From Amphiscolops sp. MND2022 (lineage: Eukaryota), in assembly GCA_964187785.1 (NCBI GenBank), contig OZ076413.1, positions 54,870,001 to 54,934,000 of the forward strand: 64,000 nucleotides of DNA, given 5' to 3'. The notes beneath the pieces were generated by a model. That model searched no databases and was not told the origin of the DNA. It saw only the letters and a list, made by a program, of their open reading frames with translations. Positions 25,779 to 38,429 of the stretch are shown one piece after another. Within the stretch, counting starts at the first letter, position 1. Each line of letters opens with the position of its first letter. The translations under genes and the position numbers were made by a program.

Positions 25779-27330
25779 CTACAAGGATAAATAACTTTGA
25801 GAACATTATTTCATTTAATATTTGCAACACATGTAAACCAATTTATGTATTTTATTTGTAATATGATTGATGTTTGACAGCAAGCTATACTGACAGGCAG
25901 AAAGGAAACGAGTTCAAATGTTTGCCTGTTAAGTATAGCTAGCATAGCCGCGCACGGCATATTAGCCAATCATAGCTCATCTTGTTTTATTTGTAGTTGT
26001 AGTAATGCATTCACTTATTAATCAGAATGGACCGTCACGGTCACTTGGCCTAAGCGGACTAATTGCATTTTGTTGCTATACTGAGTTGCTGTTAAATAAA
26101 TAGAACAAAACGGATGCTGTCTTAATGGCTGAACGGCCTTACTTGTCCAAATGTCGCTAGTGCTACTGCTAGAGAAATAAGGCCCTATGCGGCCAGCGGA
26201 CTAAATGAGTATTCTCATTTGTTAATATGATGAAATCGATGCTATTATTGATATGTTAATGAAATACGTGTTATGTATTACTGAGTGTTCAACCTCATGT
26301 AAACGTTAATATGTAGTGTTACTTCCCCTGTTTAATATGATAACATGGGGTTAAATGGTTCCTCGCGACAATAGACCGTGTAGGACCGCCATGAATCATT
26401 TTGCATGTAAAACTGTTGCTTACATGAATTTGTATATCTGAACATTTTGACCTATATGCAACGTGGCCCTGCTAGGCGCTTTGATTTAGCCGCCTATATA
26501 GGTCCACGCTGACGTCATGTAGCTATTTATAGTTCTGATGTATCTATTTTTAGCCTGTGTGCTATTTTTAGCAGCATGACCATCAGAATTGCGGACGTCA
26601 TGCTGTCTTGAGTATATATATGCCCAAGTTAGCCCACAATTTCAATGATTGATACGATACGGTTATTATTCAGTTATTCTTTTACTGAGAGTACAAGGTT
26701 CACTGTAAACCCAACAAACATTGTCCACAGGAACAATTTACTTATTTTCTCCTGGAAAGATATTTTCAATGCCGTCTACAAGAAAACAAAAGGCTAAAGC
26801 CAGGAGGTCGAGAGAGTTAGGCATGTTGTCCGACTACGGTAACATGGACGTGATGCTAGGCGAAGGTAATTCTAACTCTATAGAAAGAGAGCTAGATAGT
26901 CTCATTAATGTCCCTGAAGGGCCGCAAGACTTCAGGTCATTTCCTAACAGGGAAAATTCATCTCAAGAAAATGAGATTAGAGATATTGATAACAGAAACG
27001 AACCAGTTAGAGAAAGTAGACTAATAGAATCAATTAATATGTTGTCTGGAGAAATGAATGCTAGAATGTCTCGTGAAATGGAAACAATGATGGATTTAAT
27101 GCAATCACAAATCAGTAGCGCTATTAGCTCTGCCATAAGTGAAAGGATTATTCCTGAGATACAGAACATGGTGGAAAACTTGCCTTTGAGTCAACCTGGC
27201 GCCGGACCGTGTATGTCCTCAAATGAGGATGGAATGAGAAATGTATGGAAAAGCTCAAATACGAAATTACCAAAGAAGGACTCAAGGTCTGCATGCGATC
27301 TGAGGGACCATGTGGACCCTGTTCCTTACA
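25693..27330 (+). repeat. E2 3' LTR
   Basis: Direct repeat of 11642-13279, followed by the GTAAG TSD. Confidence 0.97.
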
Positions 27331-27454
27331 GTAAGTTCGTCAAAGTAATTTGTTTGGGACTCAATTGTCGCGGGACTCAATTGACGCTTTTTGCATTTGG
27401 GACTCAATTTGTATTGGGACTCAATTTGTTTTGGGACTCATCGTTGCCTCACCC

Positions 27455-28275
27455 TTTGATGGTATGAATCTTTCGAAAATCTTCAACACCCGTCAATTGC
27501 GAACTAATATTGAACAATAGTGACTTTTTTAAATAACAGGATATGATCAAGCCGCCACTTTGCCAATGAAACATCTTTTTTGTCGTAATTTTGTAAAATC
27601 AATCACTACAAATAAAATAGAACACATATTACCAACGTCTCATCTTTTACAAAAAACTCTTCAATATTTTTCGAAACAAGTTCCTCAGAAACTTCAATTC
27701 TTAAGAACATCTCACTTCAAAGCTCAAGTCTCCAAGTTTAAATTAGAAGCGCACTCACCTCAATCCGTGATTTTCACTCAATTGGATATGTATGATTCCA
27801 CTCCTTTGATGGTATGAATCTTTCGAAAATCTTCAACACCCGTCAATTGCGAACTAATGTTGAACAATAATGATTCCTTTAAATAAAAGGATATGATCAC
27901 GCCGCCACTTTGTCAATGAAACATCTTTTTTTGTCGCAATTTTGTAAAATCAATCACTACAAATAAAATAGAACACATATTACCAACGTCTCATCTTTTA
28001 CAAAAAACTCTTCAAATATTTTTCGAAACAAGTTCCTCAGAAACTTCAATTCTTAAGAACATCTCACTTCAAAGCTCAAGTCTCCAAGTTTAAATTAGAA
28101 GCTCACTCACCTCAATCCGTGATTTTCACTCAATTGGATATGTATGATTCCACTCCTTTGATGTTATGAATCTTTAGAAAATCTTCAACACCCGTCAATT
28201 GCGAACTAATGTTGAACAATAATGATTTCTTTAAATAAAAGGATATGATCACGCCGCCACTTTGCCAATGAAACA
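27455..28275 (+). repeat. About 350-bp tandem repeat, about 2.3 copies
   Basis: G(G/T)TATGAATC recurs at 27461, 27811 and 28163. Confidence 0.93.
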
Positions 28276-28859
28276 ACCTCAATCATTTACTGGCTATCAT
28301 GATTAACGATTAACGCTTAGTTGACATAAGCAGTAAGAATCGTTTCGAATGTCTTGCCCATGCTTCATTTTGTTGGTAAGCAAAAAACTAGATGATCGAT
28401 CGTTGTGTTTCAAAGAACTAAAAATGAACAGCTGTCACTCAACTGCCACTCCCCAGGTTGACCATACTCAGAAATGGTAAATCATACTATGTCATAGCGA
28501 GATCATGGTGAAAAATGATCATCATAATATGGTCATAGTATGGTCATATTATGACTAGCATGGCAACGATTATGGTCATAGTATGAGTGACCATGTTCGA
28601 AAATTTTCAAAAATTCGAAGTCCCCTAGCGGCAAAATTTGAAATTTGAAATACATCAAAAAGTGACTCGTTGGCGCGTTATTTGGTTTTGGAAGATCTAG
28701 GGTTACCTTAATGACCCGGGTAGCATTAAGGACGCTTTTCGGCACCGCGTTTCCTGAAGCCGCTGTGATAGGGTAAGATTTTTGGGAAAAAATTTCAGGA
28801 TTTCAAGATGGAAAAAGGGCTTATTTTAGATATGTATATCAATACAGAGACTAAATCAT

Positions 28860-29298
28860 GCATAATTTGTATACTGTTCACTCTTCCCAGGGTTTTCGAT
28901 GATTTTAGATCAAATTGATCCAGGTTCTAGATCTGATTCCTATTTTAGTTGCTGATTTCCATAATTTTGCAGCTATTTTGCCAAAATTTTAGATATTATT
29001 TTCAATAGAGGCGAAAGTATGCATAACTTAGATTCGTTGTCCTAAAGTTTTCGTTTTTAGATCAAATTGACCCAACTTTTAGATCTGATTCCTATTTCAA
29101 GAGTTGATTTCCATAATTTAGCAGCTATTTTGCCCAAAATTCACATATTATTCTCGATTTAGGGACAAAATTATGCATAATTTAGATACTCTTCGCTGTC
29201 TTCAGAGTTTTCGATGATTTTAGATCAAATTGATCCAGGTTCTAGATCTGATTCCTATTTTAGTTGCTGATTTCCATAATTTTGCAGCTATTTTGCCC
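28860..29298 (+). repeat. About 150-bp degenerate tandem repeat; same family at 41417-41800
   Basis: TTAGATCAAATTGA recurs near 28906, 29057 and 29220, and again after 41417. Confidence 0.85.
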
Positions 29299-29456
29299 AG
29301 ACCACAAGTCGCATAATTCACTTTCTTGCCTGTGTGCTAATTTTTTTTACAAGTTTTTCGAAGCGGAAGATTCTCAGTTTTTCGACAATATCGTGTCAAT
29401 CCAATGTCATAACCTAGGTAGTAACTCTCCCAGTGATGCATATATCACGAAGTCCT

Positions 29457-29477
29457 AATAATAATAATAATAATAAT
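29457..29477 (+). repeat. (TAA)n microsatellite
   Basis: taataataataataataata. Confidence 0.9.
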
Positions 29478-30032
29478 ATGAGACTGGGGAGTCTCCCCCC
29501 TTTTCGGCTTTTTGAGACTTAATTTCGAAAATTTTTAAAAGTCCCCAAAGGGTCCTCCGTTCATTTTTTGATATTTTGCAACAGAATGAACGTTAAAAAA
29601 TCTCAAAGAACCCCCCCCCCTTTCACAGTTTTTGGCCTTGTGAGATTTTTCAAAAGTAAGTATTTTTGTTTAAAAATTAGGTTTTCTCAGGCCCAGCACG
29701 CTATATCCAATTTTTTTTCCAAGACCGGTGTTTTTATATGCGACTTTTTCATCGAAGTCCCCCCCTCAATTTTTCCAAAAAATGAAACGTTTTTCGACTG
29801 TAAAGGACTCGTCAAGGTTTTCGGCACTATGCGACTTCAAAAAAATTGCCGGTGACCTTCAAAAAAAAATTTTGGAAAAATTTCGGAATTTTTTTCAATT
29901 TGGAATAATTTTTTCCTTCAATTTTCTGATTTTGCACATGACGGAGTCAATGTGCATTGCAGTCCAGCTAAGAAAGTTTTTTTTCCACCATAGTCAACTT
30001 CATAATGAGCGTCTTTTAGAAAAAAGCAAAAA

Positions 30033-30103
30033 CCCCACGAGAGATTCGAACCTGCAGCCTCCCGATTGCTCGGCATAAGTGTTGACCACTGTGCCATAGG
30101 AAC
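30033..30103 (-). ncRNA. tRNA-derived (SINE-head-like) Pol III unit
   Basis: A box TGGCACAGTGG, B box GGTTCGAATC, downstream T-runs; acceptor stem poor, so not called a functional tRNA. Confidence 0.6.
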
Positions 30104-31638
30104 GTTATTGAACAAAGTTGAACTGTTGAATATATACGCATGCGATATTAATACGCGTACGTTAATATAGCTATAGTTAAGCTATCTTTAAAATAATCGA
30201 TGTCTTCGTCATGTGTTGCGAAGCACCGCTTCGCCTCTGTGTTTAAGGTTTTCCGTTGAGGAAGATGGGTTGTTTGCTGTTTTCAGTTGGGGAAGAATGG
30301 CTTTTGAGACTTATGCCCATCCCTTCGGGAAATTTTTGGCGCTGTAACTTTGATGAAATTTTAACATAGTCCATTTACTCTTGGTTCTACGTATGATATT
30401 GCTTATTTGGTTTTCAAAAGTTCGCAAGTGTTTGCGAAGCACGGCTTCGCCTCTGTGTTAATTAATTCTAAATCAGTATTTCCGACTCGAAAACATTAGT
30501 TTCGGGGAAGATGTCCCGGACTTTTCTCTAGCTGCATGTTTCTTTCGTAGTTTTTCGTAGGTGTATTGCGTAGGAATCCTTGTAGCAACTTGCGCAGCTG
30601 TATACAGCAGTTTTTCAGCTGTCTCCGATACGGCCTAGAACCTCATACAGCCCTGTATGAAGCTGGCCGCTTGTTAATTGTTTCAATATTGCTCTACTTG
30701 TGTTGTTGTGGTGGTAATTTACTGGTAATTTACTGGTAAATCTGGTTCATTCTGGTATTTGCACACAAGATTAATCTCATCTTACTGCTATGCGTTTGTT
30801 TTTTAAATGTATTATGATTTACTTAGGAGTTACGCCTTTTTCAGATGGCCAGAATAGGAAAGAAAGGCAAGAAAATAGCAGTCTTGATTGCGTCGAACGG
30901 TTTTGTTTCTGTTCGGAAACATTGCAGGAGCAGTTTTAAGAGACTTCACAGACCAGTATTTAGAAAAATTGGGTGGCAGACCTGTGATTGTGTCAACAAA
31001 TGTACTGTGCCATTTCATTTGAACAATTTGGATGGCTGTCAATTAAAATGCTTTGGGGGAAGCGGGGCTAGGTTCCAACACCAGAACAAGAGTTTAACCC
31101 TCAATGGAGCTCTACACGCTGCTTTTGATTGGCGTGTATTTTTATTTATCCTGATTTCATTCAAAATTCTTTGTTTACTAATCGTGGACGACAGAATGAC
31201 GCCATTTCTTCTTCCGAAATGAAAAAACGTTTGCTTGAGGCCAGTGGTGCTCATTTTAACTAGTAAACCTGTTTAGATTATGTGCAGATTTCATTTTGGA
31301 CCACTAAAGATGAAGCGGCCTTAAAATCCCTCAATGAATCCTAAATTCTAAGTGGTCATTGATATCGTCATATATGTCGTGCTCTGTAATAAGGAAAGTA
31401 ATAATAACTACACAAGTAACCGCATGGATGACCTCTTCGTTTTTTAAGGTTAGCTAAATAATCGATTTCATGCCTCACGGCGATTATGACACCTTACTCG
31501 AAAAATTCAAGTTCTAATTCGTTTTTGGTTAGTTCCTTGCATGCTGTTATGAAAAATTGTTTGAATTAAAACTGAATATACACAAAATGAGCATTACCGA
31601 TACAGGCCAACCAACTTTGCCAACGATGCAATATCGAA

Positions 31639-32016
31639 ATGTTTGTTGGAATCTCAAAGAGGCAAACTAAAAATGCCGAAGCTAGGAAGAATTGTGTGTT
31701 TTGGCGTTTGGAGAAATCGAAGCTGCCATTTGACTCCAACGAACGAGAAATCAACAGGGAGATCAAAAATACCCTCTTACAGTGTTCTTTGAGCGAATCT
31801 TTGGAAGTTCATGAGATATTCTTGGGCGGTCTTCATTTCAAGGCTGGGGACCCTTTCCACCAAACAAGGTTTTCAATCAGAGCAACGCTCTCTAGGATAG
31901 TAAGGAGACTCAAGGAAGGGACGTTGCCTCTGATACAGAAAAGACTGACAGGCGCTGAGAAGAAAAAACGGAAAAAACAACGAGCCAGAAGTGAAAGCCA
32001 GCATTTTCAAAATTAG
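31639..32016 (+). CDS. Unknown 125-aa ORF or exon upstream of the SET-transposase
   Basis: ATG start, coding-like composition, basic KKKRKK tract; no recognisable domain. Confidence 0.35.
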   Translation: MFVGISKRQTKNAEARKNCVFWRLEKSKLPFDSNEREINREIKNTLLQCSLSESLEVHEIFLGGLHFKAGDPFHQTRFSIRATLSRIVRRLKEGTLPLIQKRLTGAEKKKRKKQRARSESQHFQN

Positions 32017-32304
32017 TAGAAGTGGAATTTTTGATATTCGTTTTACGGCATCTGTTTTTGCCGGAACTCTTCACGCGCTTTAAACTCTCCCCTTCGTTTA
32101 ACAATCTTTTTCGTCTGCTTATGAGTTTTTTTTCTATTTTTCGCTTTTCTAACTATTCTTTTCTTTGCTTGTGTTTTCCATTTTAGTGCTTATCAACTGC
32201 TCAATCAGTGGGCGAGGTGAAAAATTCTTCTATTGACTGTTTCAATTCACTGAGAGTGTACTGAATGTAGTAAATGGAAATTCTTTAGTCTCACGGTCGA
32301 TAAT

Positions 32305-35300
32305 TTGTTTTTGAAATTTAAGTGTCATGCAATTAGTTTCCGTCCAGTCACTTTGGCTTATTGTGATGGCTTTGCTGCCAAGAAGTTCGTTTATACCACT
32401 GGTCGTACTGCAAGTACATTGATTGAGCTACCGGATTTTTCAACGTTCAGTGAAACGGCAACGAAAAAGGAGTTGGACTTACTGCGCCGCTTAGATGACA
32501 TTTATGCGGAGACATTGAAAGCTGGTTACAGTTTTGTGGCTGATGCATTCGGTGGCCATACCCTCACGACACTGCACCAGAGGTTAGGAGACAATGTTCT
32601 TGCCTTTCCAGTTGGACTGGTCGCTAAAATCAAGCCTAGCCGAAGAGCACCTCTTCGATGATACATCTACCGTTGCTCCCACAGAATTATGCAAATTGCC
32701 CAGACTTTTGGCAGGCACCATTCGTTTCGTCAATTCCTCTTGTGATCATAATTGCCGATATGAGTTCACATCTTCAAATGGAATACCGTGTGTGAGATTG
32801 AAAACTTTGAGAAATATTCAACCAGGAGAAGAGTTAACAGTCTTTTATGGGAAACACTTCTTCGAAACACTTGAATGTCAATGTCCGCATGTACATCTTC
32901 ATGAGCAGGAGTTATCTGATCTTTCTTCCAGTCTGTCAATGTCTCCTCAGTCACGGAACAAAAAATGTAGAAGACCCCGTATTTCCTTGTCGGGGTTTAT
33001 GGCACTCCCTGGTGTAGAGACATCGAAGTCCTATAAAAGAAAAAGAACTGTCCGTTTGAACAATTCTCCCAGAGACTCAGAAGATTTACGCTTACCGCCA
33101 ATGGATGAATCCACTGATCTTTATTCTGAGGATTTTCCAATTGAACATCTCGATGTGGTACAACCGTTAGATTCTTCGACTCCCATTCATCACAACGAAA
33201 ACACTGATGATGCTTTTTTCCACATGGTCTTTTTGCACAATCTTTCCGGTTCGAGCAGTGAAAGATCAGTTGTTACCCAGCATTTGATCGCTGATGCTGA
33301 AATCGGGCTCAAAAACCTCAAAGTGTGTTTAACTGCAAATGGCTCCAAGCATCGGGCATCGGACGCGCTGATGAACGATGTGTTGAAAGTTTTCCGTCGC
33401 CTAAAACCCGACACTGATTTGCCAGGAATAAAAAAATTCAAAAAAGAGAGTCGGAAAACGTTTCTTGAGAACACATACAGCCAGGTTCCTTGTAATTTAG
33501 GTGGGTTGATACCTTTGAGGTTTTCGTTGGAATTGAAAGAAATATGCTGTCGAAATTGGGAAATTTTGGTGGAACGATCTCGGAGTTTAATTTCTAATTC
33601 CAGAAACGACATCAGACTTGGAAATTTTATCAATGGAACTGAAACAGCTATTACGCTGCACTTGATTATTTCGACCGATGGCGTCAAAATCATCCATTCT
33701 TCGGGTAAACATCTCTACCCATTGTGGATAATTATTGCTGATTTGCCTCCGGTGTTGCGTTTTTCTTTTGACAATATTGCTCTCGCGAGTTTGTGGTTCG
33801 GTGATGGCAAACCTGATTTCGAAATTGTTTTCCAGTATGTCCAAAGAGAGATCACAGATCTTAAATTTGTTAGCCACGAGGGTTTTTCGTATGCTGCAAA
33901 TGTAGAATTCGTCTTTCTCAGTGCCGATAATGTTGCCAAAGCTGCAATACTCAACATGAAGCAGTTTAACGGTTATTTTGGCTGTCATCTTTGTGAAGAC
34001 GAAGGCGAAATCGTCTCGCACAGACAGCGAATTTATCCGTGTAACACTGTTATCAAGATGCGGACTTTCGAGTCATATGAGAAAAACCTGTCCGAAGCTC
34101 AAAAACTAGAAGCAGCGGGCTTTGATCTTGGGTCAAAATCTTTCCGCAACCGAACCAAGGGTGTCAAAGGTATTGAACAAAGATATATGTCGAGAATTAA
34201 ATCGATATTTGAACGAGAAAAAAACTGAAATTCATATGGATTCCCTTTTGTGATATGAATTCTGTTTACAACAACAGATTTTTCAAGTTTTTGGATGCTT
34301 TTTCCAAATCAAATGTTTGCACAAAGCTCTATACCCTTAAGGTAGAAGCCCCCTAACTTTGATCACTAAGAGGATGCCTTTCTTCGTGACAATCGATTAC
34401 ATGCACACTGTTTGCTTGGGTGTAGCTAAAAACTTTTTGAATCACATGTACACTTCTTTACAACCCATGGAAAGGAGAATCGTGAACCAAAGAGCCAAAG
34501 GTTTCAAAATTCCGTTTGAGTTTCAACGATCGCTTTGTGGTTTGGACCAAATGTCGCATTTCCACGCAAGTGAATTCAAAACGTGGCTGTTGTATGTCGC
34601 ACCTGTAGTGACGTTGGATTTGTTGGCTGAAAATATCAGTAACTTGTTGTGGAAGTTTTCCTATGCCATCCGAATATTACTTGAAAGTGACAAGCATCTG
34701 ACAGAGTGTGATCAGTTACTCAACGATTTTTGTGCCGGTTTTGCTGCCATCGACAGTGCTGAGCAAACATTCAATTTACACTCCTTGCGTCGTCTCACTT
34801 GGCAAGTTCGAAACTATGGCCCCTTGTGGACAGCATCTTGCTTTGCATTTGAATCGGCCCACCACTCCCTTGTTTCCGCATTCACTGGATCTGTAAACCA
34901 TTTGAGGTTGCTGGTAGAGCGGTACCTGGTCAAGAAGTCACTTCTGAGAACAAATCTTGAAAACGACGCTCTTTTTAATTTGACTTCTGAGTTAATTTCG
35001 GGCCGGAAAAAAATTGGACAAGGACACTTGAAGGATACCGATGATGTTCGAGAACTTTGTAGCCGAGCGTCTTCAGTGTCAGCGAGAGAAGTTCTGAATG
35101 GACTCGCTTTTGATTCAGCCAGTGATACAAAATCTAACTCCAACTCTTTCATTACTTTCTCTCCCATTGGTGCCGACCAACTCATATTCGGTCAAGTGAT
35201 TGCTTTTTTCCGTCGTGGACGACGTAAATTCTGTCTCGTTGAGCTTTACGCTGTGCAAAAACCATTCAAATGTCCTGGTGGCGATCGCTTATCTTGTGCG

Positions 35301-35432
35301 TTTTATCACGGAAAAAGAACCAATGAAAGAATTGATTTACCTTGTGAACGAAATTTGGGAAAACTTATTGTATTCTCCATCGAGCACCAGAACATTTTGA
35401 ATAAATTGTCTTCACACTTTGATCACAATTAG
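32305..35432 (+). pseudogene. SET-domain (Suv4-20/KMT5-like) fused to a CMC/EnSpm transposase; intron 34170-34341; +1 frameshift near 32641
   Basis: SET motifs RFVNSSCDHNC, GEELTVFYG and CQC. Transposase motifs IISTDG, KPDF, AKAAILNMKQFNGYFGCHLC, IDYMH, NYGPLW..SCFAFES. The phase-1 GT..AG intron restores KGVKG-RSPL...IDYMH. Confidence 0.88.
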
Positions 35433-35469
35433 GAAAAAAAACTCGTCTCACTGCGTTTTCTTCCACATA

Positions 35470-36500
35470 TTTTACACTGGACTACATGTTCCAGCATGGA
35501 CCTTTATTTATCTTAGAAAACCATTTTTAGTCCCACAGTCGGCTTAGCTCTAATGCGTTTTTAGCTGACTGCTGGACTGATTTTGCTATCCATCGTTTAC
35601 TCTTGAGTCGGCTTAGCTTCGATGCTTTTTTGGCTGACTCCTGGGAATAACGTTGCATTGGGACAATCTCATTCTTACATTGCTAGTTTTATTATCTATT
35701 TAATTGAATAACTTTTTGTTCAAGCAATAGAGATGACCTTTTTTATTCGCGTTTTTTTCACATATTTTACTGTGGACTACATGTTCCTGCATGCATCTTT
35801 ATTTATCTTTGAAAACCATTTTCAGTCCCTCAGTCGGTGTGACTCTAATGCGTTTTTGGCTGACTGCTGGGCTGAACTTGCTATCGTTTACTCTTGAGTC
35901 GGCTTAGCTTCTATGCATTTTTGGCTGACTCTAGGGAAAAACGTTGCGTTGGTAAAAACTCATTCCAACGTTGCTGATTTTATTATGTTTAATTGGTTTG
36001 AATAAGTTTTTCTTCAAATAATAAAAGTTGGGTGATCAATTTTTTTATTCGTGCGTATATACTTGCTTCTAGATATCGTACCTCTTCGAACGGAAAACGC
36101 AACTTACTGCTTTTGTAGAAAATATGAGCGTCTTGTAAACGTTGCTGTCTCTTTTTGCTATAACTTGAAAGACGACAGGAAAAAATTTCACAAGAAAGCG
36201 TGATGTACACTTTATCTCAGGTAAAGATGACATCACTGCGTTACCAAGCAAAGGTTTTCCTTCCCTTTTTTTGTTGACGGGTTCTACCATGGACCTTTCT
36301 TTTAGAGGTAAACTATTTTTAGTCCTTCAGTCGGCTTAGCTTTGACGCTTTTTTGGCTGACTACTTAGCTGGGTTTGGTTTGCCTGTAAACTCATTCAGT
36401 GAAAATTGTCAATGCTTCATTTAATTGGTTTCATTCACGTGTATCATCCTTCGTTAACTCTTGAGTCGGCTTAGCTTCGATGCTTTTTTGGCTGACTCTT
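35470..36500 (+). repeat. About 295-bp internal repeats containing GAGTCGGC...GCTGACTC hairpins; another copy at about 38350-38668
   Basis: 35521-35830 is highly similar to 35820-36060 and to 38350-38665. Confidence 0.85.
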
Positions 36501-36610
36501 GGGATTGGCGTTGCGATTGTACGCGCTCGTGCTAACGTTTCAAAGAATATTTTCATGAATTGTAGTTGCTTGATTGATCTTGCTTTATTTTCAGACATTG
36601 GTTTAACGTC

Positions 36611-38429
36611 ATGGACAAACGCGAAAAAAGGAGCAATGATACTAGAACGCTTTTGGAGGATGTTGCCAATACTCGTTGGCTGTTCTATTGCCCTGGCGAT
36701 AAACCAGTTTTCATGATTTCTGCAGAAAGCTCAGGATGGCCGAAGGATTTGACGCTGCATCGCAAACTGAGTCTTCAGAAACACGCAAAGATCCAAATCA
36801 GAAATCCTGTCACCAGGAAGTTTCACGAGTGCTCGTTGATCGACAGCGGCACTGAGGAGTTTCTGAGGAAAGTCGAGGCGAAAGGTGCTAAATTGATTTC
36901 CAACATGCAAGAAACGCTGTTGGATTTGAGCGTTTCCTTCACTGGTGAAGAAAACGTTGCGCCAGTTGACACCCAGCCGGAAAGAACTCAACGCTCATAT
37001 AACTCGGAGGAAGAGGACGAGGAGCCACCCCTTAAGCGTGTAAAACAGATTGCGAAACCAAAACCGGTCTTTGAACAATCTCCGATTGTTCTCCATGACA
37101 ACGTAGCTCCTTTGACATCAACTCCTTGCAAATGCGATGGTGGTGAAAAAGTAAGTTCGTGGGGAGTTTTAACGCAAGGTCTATGAATTTGCTTTCTTTA
37201 CTTAGACTTCCACCCAACTGAGAACCCGTTTTGAGGTTTTTGTTGGTGCAAGAGTTGATTCTGAGACTGCTCATCAACTGCGATCTCTGTTTATCTTTTG
37301 TTAACAGCGTATATTTCCATTGTTATATTTTTCAGTGTACTTCTGGCGCAATCCGCGAGACCCTGCAGGTTTTTACCACTACCATGGAGAAGCTGCTGGA
37401 AACGCACAGGGAATGTTGGAGGGAGTATCGCGAGGTAGCGAGGAAGCGAGGAAAGAGCGGAAAGAACGCGAACGCCTGGTAGGTCAATAAAAATCCTTAA
37501 GATGCAAGTTATACTAATTAATCATTCAAGTCTGCCGATCGGCATTATATATTTCGATTAAGATGACAAATTGGGCATTTTATTCACGACGGTATAGTGA
37601 AAAAATATTTCTCTCAAACTGCTCATACTACTTTTCTGCACATTTGAGTTTTGTAGGTTTTGGACATTTGTTTTTAAGTTTTAAGAGGCATTAAGTCATA
37701 CTTAAAATAGGGACTCTGAAACCCCAACTGCATATTTGAAGTATTACTGAAAGTTATGAGACAAGGTTTGTAGATATTCGCTCGATGTGTGCATCTAACA
37801 GCACTTCAATGATTTTTTAGTCAAAGTCTGTTGAGTTCTTCTTCAAGAACGGAAAAGCTGCTGCATTCAACGACGATGTCATTAATGATGCCGACACTGA
37901 AGCAACGTGCTCCAATGATATTTCCGATCTTCGAGAAATTAAATACAAGGGGATAAACTTACGTGAGCTGACGATTCCCTACGAGCCCTCAAAATATGGT
38001 CGGAAGATAGCTGAATACATTTTCGGCAAAAACGCTGAAAGTGAGCTTATTCATTCCATGATAGAGCCTGAAGGAAACAAACCGACCCGTCCGGCAGCTG
38101 ACCTACAGAAGCAAGCTGATTTTAAAGAGCTTGTTTTATGGGCTTATTCAAAGAGAGGCTCTCTAAAAGCGCAATATGCGTATCAACTGGCCCGCAACTC
38201 TGCGAATCAGAGGGGACGAGAATTGAAAGCTGACTTACCCCATGCGAGCGAGAATGCTACTACGTCCAGTAGTCGCAGAGAGAGAGAGCAGCCACTTTTG
38301 ATTTCTTTTTGTTCCTCCCAAATGTCCGATCCTCCAACGGAGACTTGTATTTTTAGTCCCTCAGTCGGAGTAGCGTTGGGTTTTTGGCTGACTGCTGTAC
38401 TGAATTTGTTATGCATCGTTTACTCTTGA
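36611..38429 (+). CDS. Spliced CMC ORF2, probable C-terminal BEN-like domain; exon 1 36611-37150, exon 2 from 37336, last exon from about 37821; later boundaries uncertain
   Basis: AAA|GTAAGT donor and TTTCAG|TGT acceptor in frame. C-terminal YGRKIAEYIFG...RPAADLQK...ARNSANQRGRELK resembles the BEN consensus as I recall it. Confidence 0.6.

Larger units (their letters stand above)
11642..27330 (+). mobile_element. Full-length Gypsy LTR retrotransposon E2 (15,689 bp) with two accessory genes
   Basis: Two 1638-bp TG..CA LTRs; GTAAG TSD at 11637-11641 and 27331-27335; PBS, gag-pol in PR-RT-RH-IN order, PPT. Confidence 0.97.
11312..27454. mobile_element. About 449-bp MITE (11312-11641 plus 27336-27454) split by Gypsy E2
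   Basis: GGG...CCC ends; multiple AATTGAGTCCCAAA subterminal motifs on the left and inverted TTTGGGACTCAATT on the right. TTTGAT is duplicated at 11306-11311 and 27455-27460 (could be read as up to 8 bp, CCTTTGAT). Confidence 0.82.

Noticed and set aside
32630-32661. Programmed frameshift joining the SET halves
   Set aside because: No slippery motif; a 1-nt insertion in this copy is simpler.
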